64,000 bases of DNA from a virus. Shown here piece after piece: positions 10,589 through 19,769 of this stretch. Below the pieces are notes generated by a model, which did not search any database, was not told where the DNA came from, and worked only from the letters and a program-made list of their open reading frames with translations. The position numbers and the translations under genes are program-made. The stretch lies in the IMG/VR virus record IMGVR_UViG_3300013119_001061; one strand, given 5' to 3'. Every line of letters begins with the position of its first letter. Within the stretch, counting starts at the first letter, position 1.

Positions 10589-12616
10589 ATGAATATTCCG
10601 CTTGATTTAGACGCAGTATTACCTGAAAGAAAATATGATGTTTTTTATCCCCTTGAAGAGGCTGCAAAGTTCTCAGACACCGTTTTAAATTATGACTTTC
10701 CAATTCCTGTTTTTCTTAAAGGACAAAATCCAAACTTACCAGCTTCAAAATTTATTTATAATTTTTATGAACCAAGAGAATCAGTTGATGATACAGGGCA
10801 GTCGTTTTCCGCAATAAGCGACCCTATGCTTAAAGCAAAACCCAGATATACACAGCTATTCTTTAAGCTACCTACTTCGCCTCAAATAGAAACTTTAGAC
10901 TTTTCTTCAATTGATCTAGCAGAAGATGAAATTGACAATAAAGGAAATACTCCCACAATCAAGATTTCAAAAATAAACGACGAAATAAATTCTCAAGGAA
11001 TCAATTACTTCGTAAATATTGGGCTTCAAGATTTAAATATTGATACAAGACTATATGATCTTGTTTCGTCGACAGCAAGAAAAAAGATCGCAGAAGAAAA
11101 TTCAAAAATCTCAAAAGAAATCGACAGTGTAAAAGAGAGTTTTTTTAGAAGAGCAGTGCAAAGCCAATCAGATTTAGTTAGAGTTTTACGACGACAATTA
11201 CCCGACAATTCTCGGCCAAGTGATGATTTTCTTGCAAACGCAATCAACAACATAAGCCAGCTAAACGAAGATTATATTGATGAATCTGAAGCTACTGCTG
11301 TTGTAGAACAAAACTTTGAACATGCTAAAAATGCAAAATTTGATGTCTCATTGAATTCAAAGCTTATGGCGTCATTAATAAGTACAGCAATTACTGACCC
11401 AATTGGAGTATATTCTGAAGAGCTTCTTCCTATTAAGGAAATTGCTGAAAGAATACAAAGCTCTAAAATAGGTGACTATCTTGCAAGAGATGGCTCTTCT
11501 GGTGATCTTTCAATTGACTTTATCAAAAGCACTGAACACGTAGGACAAAAACCAAATTATCGAATAGGCTCCATTGATTTTCTTTTTGCTGGCTTTGTTT
11601 TGGAGAAGACTGAGATAAAATCTAGTGGAAACATGGTGCTAGTTGATAAGATGGTCATTAATCCTTCGAATGATGAAGCGAATTCTGTTGTAGAATTTTT
11701 AGATAAGAATGTTGCATATGGTAGAAAATATGCATATCAAGTATCTGCACTTTTTCTGGGCAAGATCCTTTTACCAAACAAAGTGGAACCAAATAACACG
11801 GTTGTTAGATTCGGAAGAAAAGATGATTTAGAAAACGGAACTACAGATTGCATACAAAGATTATTTTTTGTTCAAAGCGCAAAAAGTAAGTCATTACAAA
11901 TTAACACAATTGAAAAAGTTCCGCCAAAGCCTCCTGTAAACTTAAAAGTAAGTTGGCATCAAGAAAATAATGGTGCGCTAATTACATGGAATCACCCTGC
12001 AAATAAGCAAAAAGATATAAAAAGATTCCAAGTATTTAGACGAGCATCAATAAAAGAGTCGTTTGAAATTATAAAAGAGTATGATTTTGATCATTCAGAA
12101 GTACTTTACTCATCTGGCGAAAATATTATGCCGTCTTTAAAAGAAAAGACAAAGCGCCCAATTTATCATTTCATTGATAAAAACATCGACCCAGATAAAA
12201 AATATATCTATGCAGTTAGATCAATAGACGCGCACGGACTAGGCTCACAATATAGCATACAGCTAGAATGCAAATATAATAGATTTACAAATAAAATAGA
12301 TAGTAAGTTATTTTCAACTGAGGGCGCGCCCATACAATATCCTAACTTTTTTGTATTACAAAATAAGTTTGTTGACACAATTAAGGATTCTGGTCATTCA
12401 AGATTGAAAATTTATTTCGATCCTGAATACTTAAGATTGTATAAAAACATTCCGACGCCATTTGCGATTATTAAAAATGATTTAAAGCTTTTTAATTTTG
12501 ACGGTCTCGGGAACGGATTAAATGGAACTGCAAACTTTCAATTGCAAATACTTAACACTGATTTACAGAAAAGCCAGACTGTCGATATAATTATAGCTGA
12601 TGATCGTCAAGAATAA
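10589..12616 (+). CDS. fibronectin type III domain virion protein
   Basis: PPKPPVNLKVSW...ITWNHP...FQVFRR...FIDKNI...YIYAVRSIDAHG is a typical FN3 pattern. Confidence 0.65.
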   Translation: MNIPLDLDAVLPERKYDVFYPLEEAAKFSDTVLNYDFPIPVFLKGQNPNLPASKFIYNFYEPRESVDDTGQSFSAISDPMLKAKPRYTQLFFKLPTSPQIETLDFSSIDLAEDEIDNKGNTPTIKISKINDEINSQGINYFVNIGLQDLNIDTRLYDLVSSTARKKIAEENSKISKEIDSVKESFFRRAVQSQSDLVRVLRRQLPDNSRPSDDFLANAINNISQLNEDYIDESEATAVVEQNFEHAKNAKFDVSLNSKLMASLISTAITDPIGVYSEELLPIKEIAERIQSSKIGDYLARDGSSGDLSIDFIKSTEHVGQKPNYRIGSIDFLFAGFVLEKTEIKSSGNMVLVDKMVINPSNDEANSVVEFLDKNVAYGRKYAYQVSALFLGKILLPNKVEPNNTVVRFGRKDDLENGTTDCIQRLFFVQSAKSKSLQINTIEKVPPKPPVNLKVSWHQENNGALITWNHPANKQKDIKRFQVFRRASIKESFEIIKEYDFDHSEVLYSSGENIMPSLKEKTKRPIYHFIDKNIDPDKKYIYAVRSIDAHGLGSQYSIQLECKYNRFTNKIDSKLFSTEGAPIQYPNFFVLQNKFVDTIKDSGHSRLKIYFDPEYLRLYKNIPTPFAIIKNDLKLFNFDGLGNGLNGTANFQLQILNTDLQKSQTVDIIIADDRQE

Positions 12617-12644
12617 TAACATTATTAACTTTGGAGAGATATAG

Positions 12645-13331
12645 ATGGGTTTTTTACAGCAAGACACAAATAATATTATATTAGATGCTGTTTTAACAAA
12701 TGAAGGTCGAAAAAGACTTGCAGCAAATGATGGAAGTTTTAGAGTTGTAGCTTTTTCACTTGGAGATGACGAAGTTGATTACGGCGTTATTGAAAGATTT
12801 GGCAGAGCAGTCGGAAGAGAAAAAATAGAAAAGAATACACCGATATTTGAGGCGCTCACAAATAGTAATTTAGAAAGCAGGTCTCGTCTTGTAACAGTCT
12901 CTGATCCAAACTTAATTGCATTGGCAACGTACTCTCTAAGCTCAACATCAATAACATTTAGTAATGTAATTTCATCACCCCAGTCAGATACAATAACAGT
13001 GAAGATGACAGGAGCTAGCAATCAAGACATCCCACAGGAAATTCAAGATTCAGTTTTGGTTGTTTCTGTTGACAGAAGATATATGCAAGTTTCGGGTCAA
13101 GTTCCCTTTCAGTCAGTTGATAATGTTGATTACTATAATGTTATCGGACAAACATCTTCTAATTTATCCCTATTTACTGTTGGGCTTACACCGAAGCGAT
13201 TACTAGATAGCGACTTTACAACATTTGGTAGCAATACAGACAAGACACAAATTAGCACATTTATACGAGTTCAAGGCCGGCAATCTGGAATTACAAAAGA
13301 CGTTACAGTCACACTTAAAAAGAACTCATAG
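12645..13331 (+). CDS. putative baseplate wedge/structural protein
   Basis: MGFL...ILDAVLTNEGRKRLA...FSLGDDEVDY motif, typical of large-phage baseplate-region proteins; GGAG SD. Confidence 0.55.
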   Translation: MGFLQQDTNNIILDAVLTNEGRKRLAANDGSFRVVAFSLGDDEVDYGVIERFGRAVGREKIEKNTPIFEALTNSNLESRSRLVTVSDPNLIALATYSLSSTSITFSNVISSPQSDTITVKMTGASNQDIPQEIQDSVLVVSVDRRYMQVSGQVPFQSVDNVDYYNVIGQTSSNLSLFTVGLTPKRLLDSDFTTFGSNTDKTQISTFIRVQGRQSGITKDVTVTLKKNS

Positions 13332-13348
13332 AATATTAAGAGGAACAT

Positions 13349-14656
13349 ATGAAAGCTTTAAGCCAAAATGATATCCAAACAGCACAGTCTTTTTTGACGC
13401 AGCTAGTTGATGTTATTCAAGAAGACATATCAGGATCTACAACAAGAAGAAAGTATCAAGTATTTGTTACAGGCGGCGTTGGCCCAGGTGTAACATCTTC
13501 TCTTTTTCAAACTGTATATGATCAAGACTTTACATTACAGACTGCCAATCCAGTTTTAGATATGACAGTAGGGCTTTTCTACTCAGGCTCTACAGTTACA
13601 AGAGTTCAGTCTGGTGAAGAGTCAACCGGTAGACTTCTTTTTCCATCCCGCTCATTAATGATGAGAGAAAAAGTTGACATCTATAAGCAATTTGCTAAGT
13701 CTTTGCTTGGTGATAAAAATAAAGCATTTTATGCACCATTTACAGATCATACAGCTGCAGAATCTAAAGATAGCGACCAGTCGTATAATGCAACTGGGAA
13801 GTCTTATCCTGACACTATAATGGCTGCAGGATCAAAATATCGAATTGATGAAGCACTCTTTATGACATTTAAAAGACTGTTTACTCGAGACGGAATCAAG
13901 AAGGAAACTTTTGCATTTAAAATGTATACAACAGGCGCCAACGTTGCAAAAACTCCTGCCCTCGGTCCAAATGTCAATATAACTACAGAAGATACGCCTA
14001 TTATTTTTACAGATGCAAATTCATCCAACACAGATTTAAGCACAAATATGGGCGGACGGGTTGGAGAAATTGTTAACTCTAGTAACACTAATAGCAAGGT
14101 AGGACTTATCTTCTATGATAGAGGTATTGCGGTTTTAGATGCAAGAAAAATCCTTTCAGGCGGTCAGTTAGTATCAGGGACAATTTCTGCTATGAGTCCA
14201 TCAGCTTGGCGCGGCGCCGCCGCAGGTCAAACTGTTATTGGACAAGAGGTTGGTGGTGCAGGAAATACAGATGCAAGATTTATTCCAGACTTCTTTGTTT
14301 CTGGATCTGTTGATGATATTGTTAATCACTTTGCTTCTTGCAGATTTAGCAGTGGCTCTTTAACAGCGGCAACTTTCCAAAATAAGACAAATATTAATTC
14401 TACACTTTATTTCTGCAGAGCTAATGCAGATGAGTTCAACTACTCCTCCAACGGAACGTTCCTTGATTCAGATGGAAATATTGCTGTAATTGATGCAGCT
14501 GCTCGACAAGATGGATCGCAAAAAGCATTTACATTTGTAACAAAAATTGGTCTACATGATGCAGAAGGAAATCTTTTGGCAGTTGCAAAGCTTAGTCGTC
14601 CTGTTGAAAAGAACAGTGAAAAGGATATTACGTTTAGAATTAGACTGGACTTCTAG
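13349..14656 (+). CDS. putative baseplate/tail-fibre attachment protein
   Basis: C-terminal VTKIGLHDAEGNLLAVAKLSRPVEK...FRIRLDF; paralogous C-terminus in the next gene. Confidence 0.55.
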   Translation: MKALSQNDIQTAQSFLTQLVDVIQEDISGSTTRRKYQVFVTGGVGPGVTSSLFQTVYDQDFTLQTANPVLDMTVGLFYSGSTVTRVQSGEESTGRLLFPSRSLMMREKVDIYKQFAKSLLGDKNKAFYAPFTDHTAAESKDSDQSYNATGKSYPDTIMAAGSKYRIDEALFMTFKRLFTRDGIKKETFAFKMYTTGANVAKTPALGPNVNITTEDTPIIFTDANSSNTDLSTNMGGRVGEIVNSSNTNSKVGLIFYDRGIAVLDARKILSGGQLVSGTISAMSPSAWRGAAAGQTVIGQEVGGAGNTDARFIPDFFVSGSVDDIVNHFASCRFSSGSLTAATFQNKTNINSTLYFCRANADEFNYSSNGTFLDSDGNIAVIDAAARQDGSQKAFTFVTKIGLHDAEGNLLAVAKLSRPVEKNSEKDITFRIRLDF

Positions 14657-14676
14657 AAGTTTCCTAGGAGAACTAA

Positions 14677-17175
14677 ATGTCGATCTTTAATGTCGGCCCA
14701 GAAAATTTTGAGCTTGTTACAATACAGGCATCACCAAAAAAGAGCTATATCTCTAGTTCTTATTCTTCTTCGTGGGGATATGGAGGAATTACTGGGTCTG
14801 TATCTTTAAATGCTAGAAAATCTGATATGATAAAGGATTCTGCTCCTTTAGGTGTCTTTAGTTCTAGTTTTTTTGGGGAAGAAACGTTTAGGTCAGCATT
14901 TCAAGATTATGCAAAGAAATCAGCAGAGAATGTAAGAAATAGTTTGCCCTTTAATCGGCAGGCGCAAGAGCTACTTAATAAAGTAAATGAAACTTCGAAA
15001 TCTAGACGACAAGATGTAGAATCTAAAATTATTAGATTTGAACCATCGTTCAAATACACAAAAGATACAGGACGAAAGCAAGCAATAATTAATGGACTTA
15101 TGCCAGCATATCGAATTGGATGTCCATCTTCACAGTTTGCGTTTACAAATTATCATTCATTAAACTTTTTTACATCATCAAATGTCCCAAGGGATGCCAC
15201 ACTTTTATACCCTAATTCCGCATCAATTGCGCGAACAGATAGGATCTCAGGGTCATATGTTGTCTCTGATGCATTTACATTTGAATTCTTTATTAAACCT
15301 AAGAATACACAAAAACAAACAGCTGAGTATCACCCGGGAACAATTCTTCATCTAAGCTCAAATTATGCAGTTTCTCTTGTCACGGGATCATCAAAAGATA
15401 TTAATGGGTTTGCTGATACATTTAGAATTCAATTACAATTAAGTCACAGTGCAGATCAACATCCTGAAAAAGTAAACATAGGATCGGGATATCCTAATGA
15501 CCTTGTTTTTCTTTCTGAAGAAGGACGTCTTAAAAAAGATCATTGGCACCACGTTGCAATTCGATGGGCGGCAAAATCAGATAGTAAAGTTGGCGCATTT
15601 TATATCGACAATGAATCAGCAGGCGCATTTAATCTAACTGCTTCTTCAATTGCGCCCGCTCCCTTAGCATTCAATCCCGCAGCATTATCAGTCGGTAACT
15701 ACTACGGGGGAACAAACTCAGGAACAAATAGACAAACGCTATTTTTTGGAAATCGCCCATCACAAAGAGAGGGAGTTACCAAATTAGATAACGACAACAG
15801 CTATGATTACCCAGTTTCTTATACCTTCGATCATCCACTCAGTGCAGAACTCCACGAAGTAAGAATTTTTAATCGATACAGAACAGATGATGAAATTTTA
15901 AAGAGCACTAGCAAAGGAATATCTAAAGAAACAGAAGGTCTTAAGTTTTATCTTCCGCCACTCTTTACAAGATACTCTCCTACAAGAAAGCAAGTTGGAG
16001 AATTCGGCGGTATTTTGCAAACACCCTTCTTTGGTGTTGACGGCTCAACAATTGACCCCTTTAATATTGCACTATCTTACGGTGTGGGCGGACACTATTT
16101 AAATCTTGAAAACTTTACTCGAGACTTTGCAACCAATAACTTTCCAAGAGCAATGAGTTTGACCGGCGCCCAAATTACTAAATCAACCCGGGCGCTCTCT
16201 TGTAATGATTTTTTATATAGTACGGGATCTGTTAGATATAGAAACTTATTTATGCTTCCATGCGACAATGGAAGATTTTTGCCAAACTTTGATCTAATCG
16301 ATCAGGTTGAAACAGGCTCAGCGCCGACATCTACTGTGAAAACAGGGTCAAATTATTACAAATACAGGAATGATCTTAATAGTCTTGATTTAAGTTTAAT
16401 TAATTTAAGAAATCTTCTTCCGTCAAGTTCATTTAGAAACTATATTGTTGACGTAATTGAAAAAGATGAAGATGGAGATCCGCTTGTTAGAAGAGATCAA
16501 CAAGGCAACATTGTTGGAGACAATATTGTTCATGTAGGTGCAGGATTTGATACTAATATTTTGGGAGCCAAACCCGAAGATTTGGGATTAGATCCAGGAG
16601 AAGTTTTTACAATATTTCAAAGAACAAGAGACGATTCATCAAATGAAATTGTTGCCTTTGATATAAGTAACTTATTTTATGGTAAAAAAATCAAGCCAGG
16701 AACATTTGAGATAACAGATTCTGCAGTCACAGGATCAGCAGAGGATATTTCTATAACCCTTAAAGATGACGGCTATGGAAATATTTATAGATCTAATACC
16801 AAGTCCAAGAATGCAACGTGGAATACAGTAGGTAATATTTATTACAATGAGGGAATCGTAATTATAAAATCACCAAATATTCCCATGTTTGGCAAAGATC
16901 ATTTTGAGATATCATTTAAAGGCGAAAATGAAGTTCATGTCTTCAAGATTGACGTAGTTGCACCTGCAGGAATGGTTAACTCATCGTCAAATCCAAACTA
17001 TATTATTTCATCCGCTTCTTTAGACGCAAATAATCAAAATTCACAATTTGTTGCAATTACTGGAATGAATTTTCATGATGATAACTTAAATGTTATAATG
17101 AAAACGAAATTCGCACAACCTGTTATTAAGAAAAGTACAGATAAAATATTGTTTAGAACGAAGTTAGATTTTTGA
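14677..17175 (+). CDS. LamG/concanavalin-like domain baseplate protein
   Basis: FTFEFFIKP, WHHVAIRW, FYIDNE and LHEVRIFNRYRTDDEI are LamG motifs; C-terminus ITGMNFHDDNLNV...FRTKLDF. Confidence 0.65.
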   Translation: MSIFNVGPENFELVTIQASPKKSYISSSYSSSWGYGGITGSVSLNARKSDMIKDSAPLGVFSSSFFGEETFRSAFQDYAKKSAENVRNSLPFNRQAQELLNKVNETSKSRRQDVESKIIRFEPSFKYTKDTGRKQAIINGLMPAYRIGCPSSQFAFTNYHSLNFFTSSNVPRDATLLYPNSASIARTDRISGSYVVSDAFTFEFFIKPKNTQKQTAEYHPGTILHLSSNYAVSLVTGSSKDINGFADTFRIQLQLSHSADQHPEKVNIGSGYPNDLVFLSEEGRLKKDHWHHVAIRWAAKSDSKVGAFYIDNESAGAFNLTASSIAPAPLAFNPAALSVGNYYGGTNSGTNRQTLFFGNRPSQREGVTKLDNDNSYDYPVSYTFDHPLSAELHEVRIFNRYRTDDEILKSTSKGISKETEGLKFYLPPLFTRYSPTRKQVGEFGGILQTPFFGVDGSTIDPFNIALSYGVGGHYLNLENFTRDFATNNFPRAMSLTGAQITKSTRALSCNDFLYSTGSVRYRNLFMLPCDNGRFLPNFDLIDQVETGSAPTSTVKTGSNYYKYRNDLNSLDLSLINLRNLLPSSSFRNYIVDVIEKDEDGDPLVRRDQQGNIVGDNIVHVGAGFDTNILGAKPEDLGLDPGEVFTIFQRTRDDSSNEIVAFDISNLFYGKKIKPGTFEITDSAVTGSAEDISITLKDDGYGNIYRSNTKSKNATWNTVGNIYYNEGIVIIKSPNIPMFGKDHFEISFKGENEVHVFKIDVVAPAGMVNSSSNPNYIISSASLDANNQNSQFVAITGMNFHDDNLNVIMKTKFAQPVIKKSTDKILFRTKLDF

Positions 17176-17187
17176 TATTATACAACC

Positions 17188-17211
17188 TTTCCTATATTTA
17201 TCTATAGGAGA
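17188..17211 (+). promoter_or_regulatory. late promoter within RBS-sequestering hairpin
   Basis: TTTCCTATA-TTTATC-TATAGGAGA stem-loop; TATATTTA at 17193-17200; AGGAG at 17206-17210 in the 3' arm. Confidence 0.7.
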
Positions 17212-17216
17212 CATTA

Positions 17217-18230
17217 ATGTTTATAAAATTCGAAAAGATCAAGACTGTATATAAAAGATTTCCGTCCGGCCGCATGTCTACATTCTGTTTATTAAGATGT
17301 GACCTCAAGTCATGTCACAAACAGTTCAAAAGAAAAGGAAGCTCTTCATCTAAAAAAAAGACACATTTTTGCTCTCCGGCATGTGCAACAATCCATCACA
17401 ACTCCACGCGTGACTATAGCAAAACAAATAGAACCATAACGTCTGAAAAAAGAAGATGTGAATCATGTAAGAAAGATATGATAGTTCCTCAAAACAAGAT
17501 AAAAAGTAACAACAATATATTTTGTAGTCGAGAATGCTATGGAAGACACAGGACAGAAAACCAGAAACTATACGGGATTCATGATTACGTTGAGAGAATG
17601 TCCCGACCAGAAGTTGTTGAAAAAAGAACTAAAACCCTAAAAGAATCGTATGCATCTGGAAAGATTGCCCATCCAATGCTGGGAAAGAAACACAGCAAAG
17701 AGACAAAAGAAAAAATAGGCAAGGCAAACAAAGGAAAGTGCGCAGGAAGCAAGAATCCGATGTTTGGAGGGCATACTACTGAGACAAAAGAGAAGATGTC
17801 AAATACAAGATCACGTCTCATTATTGAGGGTAAAGTAAAGGCCTACGGAAGCAATAAGCACAAGAGCGGCAGATACGAATCTTCTAAAATGAATATGTCA
17901 TTTTTCTATCGATCATCATGGGAGCAGGCTTATATGAAGTATATTGATGATTGTGACGATATTATTAGATTTGAATATGAATCGCTAAGAATAGCATATC
18001 ATACAAAGGGAAAAGATAATAAAAACTACAAAAGATACTATATACCTGATTTTTTAATCGAATACTCTAATGGTAAAAAAGAGTTAATAGAAATAAAGCC
18101 AAAACAATTTGTTAATAGCACTGCATGTATGTTAAAAGCAACTGCAGCAAGAAAATACTGCTCTGAGAACAAGATTGATGAATATGTGATCTTGACGAAA
18201 GAAGCTCTTAAAGAAATGGGTGTACTCTAA
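17217..18230 (+). CDS. free-standing homing endonuclease (Cys-rich + NUMOD3 + TnsA/gp4-like PD-(D/E)xK)
   Basis: CxxC/FCS clusters; GKKHSKETKEKI and NPMFGGHTTETKEKMS NUMOD3 repeats; YRSSWE...YIPDFLI...EIKP nuclease. Confidence 0.75.
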   Translation: MFIKFEKIKTVYKRFPSGRMSTFCLLRCDLKSCHKQFKRKGSSSSKKKTHFCSPACATIHHNSTRDYSKTNRTITSEKRRCESCKKDMIVPQNKIKSNNNIFCSRECYGRHRTENQKLYGIHDYVERMSRPEVVEKRTKTLKESYASGKIAHPMLGKKHSKETKEKIGKANKGKCAGSKNPMFGGHTTETKEKMSNTRSRLIIEGKVKAYGSNKHKSGRYESSKMNMSFFYRSSWEQAYMKYIDDCDDIIRFEYESLRIAYHTKGKDNKNYKRYYIPDFLIEYSNGKKELIEIKPKQFVNSTACMLKATAARKYCSENKIDEYVILTKEALKEMGVL

Positions 18231-18773
18231 ATGTCACAAATCTTAGGCTTAGATATCTCCACATCATGTACTGGAATATGCGTCCTTGACAATGACAAAG
18301 TTGTTCTTTTGACCAGTGTGTCATTTCCGCCCAAGCTAACATTCTGGCAAAAGGCTGATCTAGCTGAGACAGCTTTGCGTGATCTCAAAGAAGAACACAA
18401 TCTCAATATCACAGATTTCTTTATCGAAGAAAGCTTGCAAAAGTTTAGAGCAGGATTCTCCTCAGCAAAAACTCTGACCACGCTCTCAAAGTTCAACGGG
18501 ATAACATGCTTCATTGGTCGCAAGATATTTGGCCAGGATCCTGAGGCGATTAACGTCAACACAGCAAGAAAAGCAGTAGGCCTAAAAATACCCAAAGGAA
18601 CCAATGCAAAAGAATCTGTTTTCAAATGGGTTTCAAGTGAGATTGATTTCAAGTGGCCCACCAAAATCCTCAAATCAGGACCAAGAAAAGGGCAAGAGGT
18701 ATTACTAGCTTCGTGCTATGATATGGCAGATGCTTACTTGATTGCAAGGGCAGCACAGACACTTGTAAAATAG
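18231..18773 (+). CDS. ruvC: RuvC-like Holliday junction resolvase
   Basis: ILGLDISTSCTG, FIEE and DMADAYLIA acidic catalytic motifs. Confidence 0.8.
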   Translation: MSQILGLDISTSCTGICVLDNDKVVLLTSVSFPPKLTFWQKADLAETALRDLKEEHNLNITDFFIEESLQKFRAGFSSAKTLTTLSKFNGITCFIGRKIFGQDPEAINVNTARKAVGLKIPKGTNAKESVFKWVSSEIDFKWPTKILKSGPRKGQEVLLASCYDMADAYLIARAAQTLVK

Positions 18774-18791
18774 GCCATCCAGCTGTATAGT
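18763..18791 (+). promoter_or_regulatory. sigma70-like promoter, probably leaderless primase transcript
   Basis: TTGTAA-17nt-TATAGT ending 6 nt before ATG 18798; no SD. Confidence 0.6.
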
Positions 18792-18797
18792 GTATTA

Positions 18798-19766
18798 ATG
18801 GGTTTAGCAACAACTGAAGAAAAGATATCCTTCATTAAGGGGGTCTTTGGAAAAGCACACCTGATGAACGACGGGATTAATGCCCACGTTAGATGCCCTG
18901 CATGCGCAAAAAGTGACAAGAAAAAATTTGTCATCAGGCTTGATAATGATTTATGCCACTGTTTTGTCTGCGGATTGAAAGCTAGAAACCTCGCACCAAT
19001 TCTTAAGAAGTTTTTCCCAAGAGATTTAAAAGAGTATTGTGAAAAGTTTCTTGAAACAGATATGGCATATATCGATAAAGCTGCTGATGATATTAAGAAA
19101 GTCTGTTTGCCTGATGATTTTGTTTTCTTGATTGATAACCGAATCAATCTCAAAGATCCCGATATTAGGGGCGTCTTGTCATACTTGCAAAAAAGAGGTA
19201 TGACTCAAAGAGATATGTGGTATTTTAAATTTGGTGTCTCTTTGCATAATGGATTCCGCCGTCGAGCAATACTTCCATCATATGACAATGAGGGAAATCT
19301 TAATTTTTATACCGGACGCGACATTGATGGAGGCAGGTTTCCCAAATATCTCAACGCAGCTGTCGATAAAAAAGAAATAATATTCAATGAGCTTTACATT
19401 GATTGGTCAGAAGAGCTTACTTTAGTCGAAGGGCCATTTGATCTTGTGAAGTGCAATGATAATGCTGTCTGTTTATTAGGCTCATTCTTGTCTCGTGACG
19501 CACTCCTTTTTCAAAAGATAATTGAAAATAAAACCCCGATTCTTTTAGCACTTGATCCAGACGCAAAAACAAAAACTGTAAAAATAGCAAGATCTTTGTT
19601 AGAATATGATGTACCTGTTCGAATCCTTGATCACGGAGAGTATGAGGATGTAGGCGATATGACAAAGAAAGAATTCTTAAAAAGAAGAGAAAGCGCAAAA
19701 CAATGGGGGAGTACGCAAGGGTTACTTGCGAAAATTCAAAATATGACGCTTGGAAGCATAATTTAA
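18798..19766 (+). CDS. DNA primase (Zn finger + TOPRIM)
   Basis: CPAC...HCFVC zinc finger; KYLN; LVEGPFD; LALDPDA; DVGDM. Confidence 0.9.
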   Translation: MGLATTEEKISFIKGVFGKAHLMNDGINAHVRCPACAKSDKKKFVIRLDNDLCHCFVCGLKARNLAPILKKFFPRDLKEYCEKFLETDMAYIDKAADDIKKVCLPDDFVFLIDNRINLKDPDIRGVLSYLQKRGMTQRDMWYFKFGVSLHNGFRRRAILPSYDNEGNLNFYTGRDIDGGRFPKYLNAAVDKKEIIFNELYIDWSEELTLVEGPFDLVKCNDNAVCLLGSFLSRDALLFQKIIENKTPILLALDPDAKTKTVKIARSLLEYDVPVRILDHGEYEDVGDMTKKEFLKRRESAKQWGSTQGLLAKIQNMTLGSII

Positions 19767-19769
19767 TAT

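Noticed and set aside
17217-18230. Tn7-like transposon (TnsA domain)
   Set aside because: No TnsB/TnsC or terminal repeats; the NUMOD3 fusion indicates a homing endonuclease
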